From the NCBI RefSeq assembly GCF_009914755.1, contig NC_060925.1: DNA of 64,000 nt. One strand, written 5' to 3'. Numbering within the stretch: position 1 is the stretch's first letter; every line of letters starts with the position of its first letter. The notes under the pieces were generated by a model. It was not told the DNA's origin, ran no database searches, and saw nothing but the letters and a program-made list of their open reading frames with translations. Below, one piece after another: positions 18,780 through 32,997 of this stretch. Both the position numbers and the translations under genes were made by a program. The stretch is from the human T2T-CHM13v2.0 reference genome, Homo sapiens.

Positions 18780-19620
18780 CTACAACATGGGGAGTCATCC
18801 TAGATTCCACCCTCAAATTCATTCCCCCACACCCACCCATTGCCAGCTCCTTGAGTCCCAGCAAGCTTAACACCCCCTAAAATCCTGAAAGCTTTCCTAC
18901 ACAATCCTAAGCCCCGCCTTCTACCTCCAAAATACACCTCGAGTTGACCCACTTCTAGCCATCCCCATGGCCACTTCTCCAATGTAAGGCAGCAGCAAGC
19001 CTCGCCTTGATCACTGCAGACCCCTTCTAACTACTCTCTCCAATCTCTCATCACCACACCTGAGTGCCAGATGGGCTCATCTAGCCAAATGGAATCATGC
19101 CACTCCACTGCTTAAAGCCCTTTCATCCTTTACATTCTACTTAGCATGTGATCCCACATCTTAAATCTGCACCCCCGTCCACCTCTTCTCTCATAGCCCC
19201 TCAGTCCTTGGCACTAGCCACATCAGCCTTCCTCCCATTTCTGCTACATGTTATGCCCCTGCTTGCCCAGGGCACCCACACATGCTGGTCCCTCTACCTG
19301 GAATGTTCTTTCCCACCACCCAAATCCTATACCTGCTCCTTCTCATCCTTCAGATTTGAGCTCAAAGGGGATTTCCCCATATAGACCTTTCTTAGCCCCC
19401 AACACCCCAAGTAGGTTTGCCCTGTTATTCTCTTGCAGTGTCTTATTTTTTGATTCTTTAGTAGTATACAGCATGATTTGACATTATGTATTGATATGTG
19501 CATTGACAATAAATCCCATGAGCACTGGGACCATTTTGTTTTGTTCACACAGCCAACCCAATGCCAAACACAGAGGCACATGGTAAGTGCTCAATAAATA
19601 TTTACTGAGCAAATGAAGGG
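18780..19620 (+). mobile_element. L2 3' region
   Basis: atcatgccactccactgcttaaagccc; ends ggcacatggtaagtgctcaataaatatttactga. Confidence 0.8.
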
Positions 19621-19792
19621 CTTGGAGAAGAAGAGGTCTAGGGAGCCTGTGAGGGCTATCCAGACCTGCAAGATAAGCTGGCAGCTGTGCAATCCCATAT
19701 TTCAGAGCTGGGACCAATTTATTTAGCAAACGCTAACACAGGACTTACTACATATCAGGTACTGCTCTAAGCACTTCCTAAGTATTAATTCA

Positions 19793-20125
<333 letters not shown>

Positions 20126-20740
20126 TCAGTTAGTCACCCTAACAACACTGTGAGGTAGGTATTAGCTCTGAGACCCAGAAAGGCTAAGGAATTTGGCCAA
20201 GGTACCACAGTTGGTAGAGGGCAGAGCCAGATTTTGAACCAGAGTCCATGTTCTCAAGCACCTCAGTATGAGGCCAGCGTGTGGAAGCTTCTGGAAGTCT
20301 CCTCTCTGGAGCAACAGAAGGCACCACTGTCTATGGGGGTGGTCTCCAATGCAAGAGGCAGCAGACTCCAGGGGCCTGGGGAGCCAATGTGCTGGGAGGA
20401 ATGCAAGCACGGACTCAGGGCCCTCCGCGGCCCTCAGGCCTGTCTCTCACCTTATGTCTGTCCAGGGCTGCCAGAGGGATAAAATGGATTAATAAATGAA
20501 GGTGCTTTGAAAAGCACCCGAATATATCTCGTTGTTCTTCCCCAGGCTGGCCTGGCCTGGAATACCAATGAGGCCTTCTAGTCTGAGGCAGGTCGAAGGG
20601 CACAGCCAGGCAGAGGGATGGTTCATGCTCAGCTCAATCAGCCCATCAATCCCCTCCGGCTGCTTTCCCTCTGTTCCTGACCACTCCCACCCCCTTTATC
20701 CCCCACCCCGCCCCCAACTCCAGACAGGGAGTGGGAATGA

Positions 20741-22502
<1,762 letters not shown>

Positions 22503-23529
22503 GAAAGGTCAGGCCGCTTAGAGCAACAAGCCCCTCCTGATTTACAAGATTCGGTCCGCGCTGCGAGTTTTGGGATTCCACCGAAATCCTTTGGCCCATC
22601 CTGCAGTGGCTTGGCACCGGGTTTGTTTTCCAGGCAGATTGCCTCCACCTGCCCTGGAATTTTTCTGGCAATGAGGCCAGCACAGTCAAGGAGAGGGGTC
22701 TGGGAGAAGGAGAGCTAGTAGCACCCACCCTGTGGAATGGCAGGAGGCTCTACAGGTCCCTTTGGCATTTGTCAGAGGAGCTAGGAAGGCGGCCTCAACT
22801 TCCACCTGTCCCCTCATCCTACTTCTCCCGGGAGCAGGCAGCTGGGTCAGCCAGCCATCAGGATCCAATACAGACTCACCCTAGCTGTTTGGTTTCAGTC
22901 TGCCCAGGACGGCAGCTGGAGCTGCGGTGTGGTGGGCAGAGATAAGGTCTCCGCCAGAGGCGGGCATTGAGCAGGGCTGAGATGTCTGGGCGGGAATGGG
23001 ATGTGGGAGGGGCCACCCTAATATGCGGGATATCATCAGTCCGCTGCCCATCTGAAAAGAAAAGACAGGGACAGGGGCACAGAGAGAGGGGTGGGGGTAG
23101 TTCTAAAAGCCCAGGGGAAGGAGAAAAGGAGGAGAAATCAGGATATTGAAGAAAAAATAAACAGATATGGTGGAAAAAGAAGGGAAGAAGGAAAAAAATA
23201 TTTTTGCATCCTCCTGGAAAGCAAAACAGAGAAAATAACTTCATTCCTAAATTGCAGTAGGAAGTATTGGGCTAGATGGGAGGAAGAAGAGAGGCCCTAC
23301 CTAACTTTTATCCACTAGCCTGAGTTATACAGTGAAATGCCTTCTTTAGAAGTTCCAGGATAGGATGAAATGCTTTAGAGGGAAGAGAGGGGTCAGCCCT
23401 AAATACATGCAGGGAAGTGGGCCAAAAGACCTCTGAGAGGCCCTTCTAAGTAGACCTTAAGATTTTCTAAGAGGGAAAAGACAGAGAAGGCAAAACAACT
23501 CTAAGAACCAGAGGAAGGGGCAGAACTGA

Positions 23530-23990
23530 CGTTTATTGAGAGCCACCATATCAAGCACAGGGCTGGGCACGCTGCAGACATTATCCCATCTGTAATTCAC
23601 ACTCCAGCCCTCCAAAGTAGGTGCTATTTCTCTGTTTCACAAGTGGGTAATTTGAGTAATATACAAGGCTCTCTTAGTTGAATGGCAATTAAGTAGCAGA
23701 ATCAGGATTTGAACTCAGGTTTGACACAAATATCCATGGTCTTTCTACCAGGCTCCTTCTTGGGAATGGGCAGTTGGAGGATTCTTACTGGTGGTAGAGG
23801 AAGCTGAAATGGTATAATGGAGAGAAGACTGAACCTCAAAGACCAAGGTCAAACAACTGGATCCAACAAGTAAATGATGTCCTGTGACCTTGGACAAATA
23901 ATTTCCATATCACAGTCTCAGTTTCCCATCTTATAAAGTGAGGGTGGGGGCTAGATGCTCTCTAAAGCCTTTTCCACCTCTGAGCATATG
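23530..23990. mobile_element. Two MIR fragments (minus, then plus)
   Basis: caggatttgaactcagg; tgtgaccttggacaaa...ctcagtttcccatc. Confidence 0.6.
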
Positions 23991-26900
23991 GAATTTAGCT
24001 GGAAACTGACTTCCCATTTACTACTGTAGCTTCTCATTTCCTACTGCTGGTATTATGTAATCTTCTGGGCATAAGCTCTAGGTGTGAGAACCGTTCCTGC
24101 AGCCTGTTCAAGATTGAAGTCAAGACTGGAAATTATAATGACATTGCCTTAAGTGAGTTTGATCAATGAATAAGTAGTTAACCAAATAAAGAAATAATTC
24201 TTTATTAAGCCTCCCATGTGCCCGGTGTGATGTTTAACTGATAATACAAAGGAGAATTGGACTTGATTCTTCAGCTCCAAGGAATTTACAGGCTAATCAG
24301 AAATCCACACCCACAAAGGATGTTTGCCAAGTGTGATCAGAAATCACTAACATCTTATGGAAAAGCTTTGAAAGCCATGGCTGCATCAGCCTGCCTCTCC
24401 CACTTAGAGACGGGAAAGTTTATGTGAGCCAGGGTCGAGGCTGTTTGGGACTGTGTGATCTCTGTTTTGACGGCTGTGCTTTGCCTCCCTTGATGCTGGC
24501 TGCCTCTCACACATTGCTGAAGCCGTAGTTAATTGTCTCTGACTGTAATCGATCATCTCGGAGTGGGGAATCTGGTGCACTGGAACATGACCAGTCTAGG
24601 ACCATGACCATGGTTCAGTCTAGGACCTGTCTAGGGGGAGACAGACCAGGAATAACAATTCATGGGGATGGCATGAGCATGCGGCAAGCAGAGAGAGGCA
24701 TGTTGCACTTAGGAACAGTGACCAACCTGACTTCAGAAGGTGAGGTCCTCGCAGGAGAGACCACTGGTGTCAGGAGAGATCAATGGTGTCAGGAGGAGCT
24801 GGAGAGACAGGGAGAGGTACAGGTGGAGGCCTTCCTGGCAGAGGGGAGGAGAGTTGTTCACAGGCCTGGAGGAGAGAGAGCAAGGGTCTTGTCCCATGGA
24901 TTGCAAATAAATGCTTGAGTCAGCTGGAATAGAGGACCAGGGTGCTGTGGGAAGAGGCAGTAATGAAGGGTGGGCAGAGCCAGATGAGAAGGATCTTGCG
25001 AGTGAACCGGGGGGCCTGGCTTTATCCTGAGAGTAACAAAGGAGCTGTTCCCCATGCTCCTGTCTAGAACAGCCTACTGTGGACTGTCCCCTTCCTTACC
25101 TCTCCTTTTAGGGCTCTCTGCCGCACAGGATACATTCCTTTCTACTTGGCCTGGTCAAATTCCACCCATCCTCTCTGGGCCCTGTTCAGATTTTCTTTCC
25201 TCCAGAAAGCCTTCCTAAACTACCTCATTCCACTAATTCACTCAACAAATGTGTACTGAGCTCCTCCAGCAGGCCAGGCACTGTGCTAGGCGGGCCCACC
25301 CTCAGGCAGCTTGCAGGGTGCAGTGGTGCACAACCCTCACTGACATTGCCTCCTGTGATCTCTTCCACGTGCCCAGCCAAGGTGGCTGTCAAGGACACAT
25401 CCATAAGCAGTCTCCTCTGTCCTCAATAGACAGCTCTTCTTCATCTCTGCATTCTGGGGCTGGCTGGCACAGTGCTGGGCACGTGGGGGTCCTCAGCCCA
25501 TATTTTAGAGATGTCTGGATTTCCAGCAACATTAAACTGAGTGGAAATTTCTCCCAGCTGACACCCACTCCTTTCCCTATTCTCCCTCTGCAGAGAAGAG
25601 AGACGGAAGCTCCAGCAGAACCTTTAGCACCAGGATGCAGAAAGAGAATGAGAAAGAGGGATGGGAGGGGAGGAAATGCCTGGGCTGTGTGCCAGCCCCG
25701 CATGCCTTGAGCCAAGCTGGGAGTTCGTGGTCCTCTGTGCTCTGGAATGTGACAGGGGCTTGCCAGGGCATCGTGGAGTGGCTCCTCTGCAAGCCACTCA
25801 CTCCTCACCCTGGACAGAGCTGTGCTGGCAGCTCCTCCTGGGCCTTCCTTGAAGTGCACGGGTGCCCCACGGTGGACAGAAAGCAGGCCGTGATCTCACT
25901 CCTCCTGAAGGCTTTTGTCCCATTAACTAAAGGGCTCAGAAGCCTTTGTCCCCATAGGGTGTTGTTCCTTCCCTTGCATGGAGGTGAGCCTTGGGCTCCA
26001 TGGTGTAAGAATCCCATGTTAAAGCCCTTTCTCTGACATGTGACCTGGGCTCTCTGGGTTTTTGCCTGACAGCGTGGTACACTCGTCCTCAGGTCAGCCC
26101 TGGGTCCCTGTGTCATCCTCTGCCAAATCAGGCAGACACCCACCCCTTTCTCATGGGCGTATCTTGCCCAGTGCAACTTTAAGAACAGAATTCAACTCTT
26201 CTGAGATTAGTCTAAATGCCCAGATTGGGGCTGGGGCATCCTGTGAAATTCTCCCACCTTCAGGACCCACTCACTGTCTCCAGAGACGGTCCCTGCTCTA
26301 GGCAGAGGCATGGAGAGCAGAGGCAAAGGGAACGGAGGCCAAGGAGCCACAGAGGCTAAGGTGAAGGGCTGAGGCGCAAGGCTGCAGGAGGAGTGGGGTT
26401 CTCCCTGACTGAGGCAGAGCCCTGGAATGCTGTGGAATGCAGGAGCCTACATCTTTACATTTTATTTTTTGTTTTTTCCTGAATAACCAGCTATGTGTAG
26501 CTGCTGGAAAGACACGGGTGTTCACCCCCCAGAAGCCCTGGGATGGGCAGTTCTATCCCTCTTGGCTCATCTCTGAGCTGTCTGCTGGTCCCTCACCTTC
26601 TAGGGCATGAGCCTCCTGGAGGGACACTGCCGGTACCCTACCAAGGAGGCTAAGCTGGAGCGAGAGACAGAGATGCAGCAGGGGAAAACAGCTCCAGCGA
26701 GCAGTAACCAAACCGGGAAAGGCCAGGAGGACACAGGATTAGAGACAAGGAGGATGGAGGAAAAAGGCAGCTTGGAGGGATCAAAGGATAAGGGACAGTC
26801 CGAGGGCAGGGAAAGTGAGCAGGGGCTATATTTATCCACCAGAGAGAAGGAAGCCTGCAGGCCCTTCCTGAGATCCACGAGCTAGGGGCTGGATTAGGGG

Positions 26901-28469
26901 CTTCTCATTTCATTTCATTTTCAGTGACACATTCCGCTTAATCCTCATCGCAGCAAGGATCCATGCTGCTGTTACAAGAATCTCGGCCTCTGTAAGGAGT
27001 TCAAGTAATTTGCTTGAGTATCCAAGACTAAAGTGATGGAGTGGGGATTTGAATCCAGGTCTGTGTGATTCCAAATGGTCCCTAACCCTCTGTCAGCAGC
27101 TTACCTGAGAGAGAGGAGGCTGGATCCACTAGTGGAGACAAGAGAACTTGAGCTCCAGAATTCTAGAATTTTAAGACTGACATCGGGGTCCCCTATACCA
27201 GCTCTAGCTCCAGGAGAAATTAGATGCAGTGAGAATAATGTTATGTTTCAGTTAGGTAGCCAATTAATTTTGAGAGGAAGTTAGAAAACCAACCAACCTC
27301 TCTCCTCCTCCTTCTTTCCTATCCTCCCTGCCTTCCTCCTTCTATTCCTCTCTCCCACCTTCCTTCCCTGCCTCCCTTCTTCTCTCCCTCTAAATTATTT
27401 ATGGAGCAATTACATGTCAGGCATGATGTAAAGTCTGAAGAACAAACATGAATAAGGGCCAGTCCGTGCTCTTGGGGAACTCACAATCCCTTGGAATATT
27501 TCAGGAACCCGAAGCAGCTCTTTACGCGCCCCTCTCTATCAGTTGTTTTTTCCTTCCTGTCTTTACTTCTGTACTTCTGCGTCCACTATCAGGCCCAGCA
27601 AACCTCTTCTCCCTCCAGCCCCAGATCCCTCTGTTTTGAGAAGGGGAAGGTCAAGCTCTTGACAAGCCCCTCCCGTCCCGGGGCTACACTAGAGTGGGCA
27701 GTGATGCCACAAACAAGGCTTCTAAAAGCCCCGAGCCTTTGAGCTCCTTGCACTCATCTGGACGCAGCTGGGCCCGGGACAGCCCAAATTCTGCAGGTCA
27801 TAAGTCACGCTGACTTCCAATTCTGGAACAAATGAACAGTTCCTTGGCTTCCATCCTCTTCCCCTCATAGCCGCTGACCGACTGTCTCATATGCCCAGAG
27901 CCACCCACCACACCCCATTCCTCTCTGCTACTCATTGCAGAGACACTTAGAGCCCCATCACCCACATGGTCCAGTCTCAAAGTGGTTGTCACCAAATAAA
28001 CTCAGTCCAGCAACCAAAAAATATTTCAGAAAAACTCAAGTTATTGGTACACCTTCTCTGATGCAATGAAGAGGATGGGGTAGGCCAGAACAGTACTTCT
28101 CAAGGTCCTAATTTTTCTCTCCCATTTATTTCTATACATATCAGATCTGATCTGGCACCTCTCCTTTCCAAAACTCCCACCTCCCAAACTCCTTTTCCAG
28201 CTCTAACCACACACGCTTTCTCCTTCTTTTCTCCCTTTTCCTCCTGATTCTGCAACACAAAAGCCCTGCATATACAACCTGGCTAGGCAAGACCCTCCCT
28301 GGAGAGAGGAAAGGAAACGATGACTGAGTATCCTCTTTCCTAGGCAGGAAAGAGGGAAATGGCCAGAAACCCTCAGATAGTCATGTTGTTTCCCCATCAT
28401 AATTGCTGTCACTCCAGGGAGCTCTTCCAGATCACTCAAAGCCCCAACTGGGCAGAACAATTTTTGGAC

Positions 28470-28600
28470 AAAGTGACCATATATCTTATATACTATTGTA
28501 GTCAGCCCTGATTCAAATATTTTGTCCCAATTCCAAGCTACAATGGTCTACTATTAGTCAATTGTCCCGATTCTGAGTTGGAAAGATATGGTCAGCATAT
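28470..28600. mobile_element. MER94-like hAT-Blackjack MITE
   Basis: Terminal inverted repeats gtgaccatat ... atatggtcag. Confidence 0.5.
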
Positions 28601-28759
28601 CCCTGACCGACCCTTCTTGCTAGTGTATTCTGACTGGATTAAATACTTACCGTATGCTGTTGATTGTGTTAATGTCTGCTTGGTCACCTAGAGACTCTAG
28701 GTTCCTGGAGCCCCCAAACTGGGTCTATTCTCATTTTGTCCTAAGCCTCAGGAATAGGT

Positions 28760-29245
28760 CTATATTAGCTGAAGCTACATAACAATTACCTTGAATATTA
28801 ATGACTTAAAACAACAATAATCATGGACTGTCTCACATTGTTTCTATGGATCAGGAATCAGAGTGGCTTGGCTGGGTGGTTCTGGCTTGGGCATTCAAAC
28901 GAAGATGTAGTCAAAATGTCAGCCAAAACTGCAGTGTCTAAAAGTTTGACTGGGGCTGGAGGATCCACTTCCAAGGCTGCCTACTCACATGGCTGGCAAG
29001 TTGGCACTGGCTGTTGGGAGAAGGCTTTGGTTCCTCTTCAAGTGTATCTCTCCATGTGGCATGGGCCTCCTTGCAACATAGTGGCTGGGTTCCAAAGGTG
29101 AGCATCTGGAGACAGAGAGCCAGCCAGAAGCTGAGCCCTTTTTTATGACCTAAGAGAATGTAAACCCTGCCTCTTGGTGGGAAGACTATCAGTTACAAGA
29201 AGAGCAGATGGCTTGGGATAAATTTGTAGGTGTGACCATCTTTGG
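28760..29245 (-). mobile_element. MaLR solo LTR (MLT1F/H-like)
   Basis: gacttaaaacaacaa; ttgactggggctggaggatccacttccaag...ctcacatggctggcaagttgg. Confidence 0.75.
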
Positions 29246-29359
29246 AAAATACAGAGTGCCTCAAGGTCTCTGACACTTTTGAGCCCATAACAAATGCTCT
29301 TTGGTCAACTTAGTATTTACTGACACCTGGCGATGAAACTGCCATATCACAGAGGGCCT

Positions 29360-29760
29360 GAGATAGGAAAATAATTCAGGGTTCCAATTCTTTGCTCTGT
29401 ATTTATACCCTTTGCCATGAAATTTTATAATGCCTTCCTACCTGACACTGGCCAACAACTTGATTTGCCTTGACCAGTGGAACATCAACAGATGTGAGTT
29501 AGGCAGAGGCCTTAAAAAGTGCTTGCATTTTTCTCCCTGGGCTCCTGCACATCTACCTGGCCATGCAAAATAAGTCCGGGTTACCTGACTTACCTATTAT
29601 CCCAGCTGATCCACAAACATGTGAGCAAGGCCAGGGGAGATGAAAAGAACCACCCAGCAACCTGTAGGTTTGTGTCCAAATAAACACTTATGGTTTCAAG
29701 CCCCTGAGTTTGGGGGTTGGTCAGTTGTGCTGTGCTTTGAGGTGATCACTACCTGATATA
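29360..29760 (+). mobile_element. MaLR solo LTR (old MLT1)
   Basis: aaacatgtgagcaag; aataaacacttatggtttcaagcccctgagtttggggg. Confidence 0.6.
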
Positions 29761-29839
29761 GCCCTTTCTTCATGCTAACAGGAGAAGCACCTCATGAACT
29801 GGGAGCCAGGGACCTGTGTTTTAGTTCTGGCTCAGTATC

Positions 29840-30327
29840 TGTGGTGGATAGAATAATGCACCCCCATCCCCACCCTGCCCCACAAAGATGCCTACATTCT
29901 AATCCCCCAACCCTGTAGACATGTTATCTAACACAGCAAAGGAGACGTTATAGATGTGATGAAAGATCCTGAGGTGGAGAGATTATCCTGGATTATCCAG
30001 GTGAGCCCAGTGTAATTGCAATGGCCTTTACAAGAAGAAGGCAAGAGGGCCAAAGTCAGAGAAGCGGTGTGATGACGGAAGCAGAGGTTGGAGTGAAGAC
30101 GGAGGATGGGGCCACAAGCCAAGGAATGCAGGTAGCCTCTAAAAGCTGGAAAAGACCAGGAAACAGCTTCTACCCTAGAGCCTCCAGAAGAAACTCAGCT
30201 CTTTATTTCCTCCTTTAAGGCATATTTTGGACTTCTGACCTCCAGAAGTATAAGAGAATACATGTGTGTTGTTTTAAGCCACTAAGTTTGTGGTAATATG
30301 TTACAGGAGCCATCAGAAATGAATGTA
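29840..30327 (+). mobile_element. MaLR solo LTR (MLT1C/D-like)
   Basis: ggagattatcctggattatccaggtg; ggacttctgacctccagaa; ttttaagccactaagtttgtggtaat. Confidence 0.85.
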
Positions 30328-30404
30328 GTATCTAAGGACCCTGTGACTGAGAAGCTGTCGGTGAGCACTGTGGGCCCCACTTATTCCTTCTAGAAAATGG
30401 GGAT

Positions 30405-30917
30405 ATGTGGTAAATTCAAGAGGGCCCAAAATCTTTGCTATTCCTTCTTTTGAGATCTGGGTTGGCTTTAGTGGCTTGCTTAACCAATGGAATATGGCAG
30501 TTGTGATATTCTGGAACTTTCAAGTTGTGTAACAAGAAAGCTTGCAGCTTCCTTCCAGGTGGCTCTAAACACTCTCTGAGAGCCCTGGTCCTCTCTGTAA
30601 GAAGCCTGACTACCCTGAGACTGCCATGCTGGAGTGTGCACTCTGGTCAGCAGTCTCTGCTGAGCCCAGCCTCCCAGCCGGCCTGCCAAGGTGCCAGACA
30701 TGTGGGCGAGGCTGTCTTGAACCCTCCTGATCAGCCCATCACCAGCTGAACACTGAAGTGACCTCAGGAAAAAACACACAGAACAGAAGAACCATCAAGC
30801 CAAGCCCTGCCAGAATTTCTGACCCACAACATCTCAAGATGTAATAAAATGGTTTGTTGTTTTAAGCTACTAACTTTTGGGGTGGTTTCTTATGCAGCAG
30901 CACTTAGCTGGCACAGT
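30405..30917 (+). mobile_element. MaLR solo LTR (MLT1F/G-like)
   Basis: gactaccctgagactgccatgctgg; ctgagcccagcctcccagcc; aataaaatggtttgttgttttaagc. Confidence 0.8.
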
Positions 30918-31126
30918 ATGTTAATACATTATTTTCCCCTCTCATAGGATAATTAGGAGTCTCTAGTGAACAGCTTGGGTAAAAGAACCCTGAAAGTGAA
31001 AAGTTAGATTATCTTCACACTAGAGCAAAACAACTGGTATGAAAGAGGACAGGCAATGCCCCTTAAGTGAATGGTGTTGAGAACAAGACACTATGAAAAT
31101 GAGAAAACTTAGGCTCAGAAAGAGAG

Positions 31127-31472
31127 TGCTATGGACTGAATTGTGCCCCTCCTCCCCTCAAATTCATGTGTTGAATCCCTAACTCCCAATGTGGCTGTAT
31201 TTGGAAATGGGGCTTTTAGGAGACAATGAAGGTTAAATGAGGTTATAAGGGTAGGGTCCTAATCTGATGGTATCAGTGATCTTATAAGAAGAGGAAAAGA
31301 GAGAAATAAGTGAGAAGGCAGCTGTCTGCAAGCCAGGAAGAGAGTCCTCACCAGAACTCCACTATGCTGGATCCTGATCTTGGACTTCCAGTCTCCAGAA
31401 CTGTGAGAAAATAAATGACTGTTGTTTAAGCCACCAGGGCTATGATATTCTGTTTCAATAACCCTAGCTAAG
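31127..31472 (+). mobile_element. MaLR solo LTR (MLT1A/MST-like)
   Basis: tgctatggactgaattgtg; tcttggacttccagtctccagaactgtgagaaaataaa. Confidence 0.85.
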
Positions 31473-32409
31473 TTAGATTACCTAAGGTTCCACTGGCAGT
31501 AAGCAGGCCTGGGGCCTGGGGGCAGTTTGCTTTCCTGACTCCTGCTCCATTGTTTTTTCTGCTGTCTCCACTGTCTCTGAGAAGATCCTCACTACCCCGT
31601 GTCCTCTGGGTATCCTGTTGGCAGATTTCTTTGACTAAACTGCTGCACAAAGGACAGGACAATTGGAGAAGTCAGCCCTATTTTAAGCCAGGTCTGTCTC
31701 CTAAGCAGCTAGTTATCCTTGCTCAATCTTTCACCAAAATTTCTACCTGCTGGAGAGTCACTGAACCCCTCGGTCCCTTCAGACTCCTCAGGGAGATCTG
31801 AAGAGCAAAACTTTGAATGGGTGTCCACAGATGGACTAGACAGAGAGCCAGGCTATCACCCTGGTGGAATAGCCGGGTAATAGGTTGGCTCTCCTCCTTT
31901 CTGTATCATTCCTTCCACTGGCTTCTGGAAACAGGGTAGCCTTGGCATCTTCCCTTGGAACTGTGATTCAGGGCTCTGTCCACCCTGCTGTTTTCCTGGA
32001 AGCTGGTGGGTTCAGTCTGAAGTTTGGTGGGGTTAGACAGGGTGGAGAGTATGGTTCATCAGAAGGTCTGTGAATTAGTCTAGAATTGGATTTGGGCTGG
32101 GACACGGAGAAGGAAGCAAGCTCCCTTCTTTAATTTAGAGGAAGTTGTTGGTGCAGTCCCAACCTTCCAACTCACTTACTCCAACTTCCCTTTTCCACCA
32201 GCTTTTTGCAGCCATGACCTCCATGTCTGTATTTGCCAAACATAGGAACAGCATCTCCATTTTTAACAATGGAATTTTCTACCTTTTCCTAAAGATACCA
32301 TCTACAATTTTAAAATATATTTTCTTCCTCCTCTCATTTCACAGACTACTCCCGTTATCTCCCTAGCTTTCTCTATGTTAAGCATCTCTTTGCATTCTCT
32401 CTAGGAAAT

Positions 32410-32997
<588 letters not shown>

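Noticed and set aside
24585-24800. Short direct repeats (cagtctaggacc x2, tggtgtcaggag x2; similar at 16820, 54090, 54755) as a spaced array
   Set aside because: Only two copies each with no regular spacers; ordinary slippage micro-duplications, not CRISPR-like.
25249-26176. Overlapping 120-156 aa ORFs and a partial REST-like motif near 25802
   Set aside because: Expected in GC-rich DNA with no protein motif; the REST match fails in the TCAGCACC half-site.
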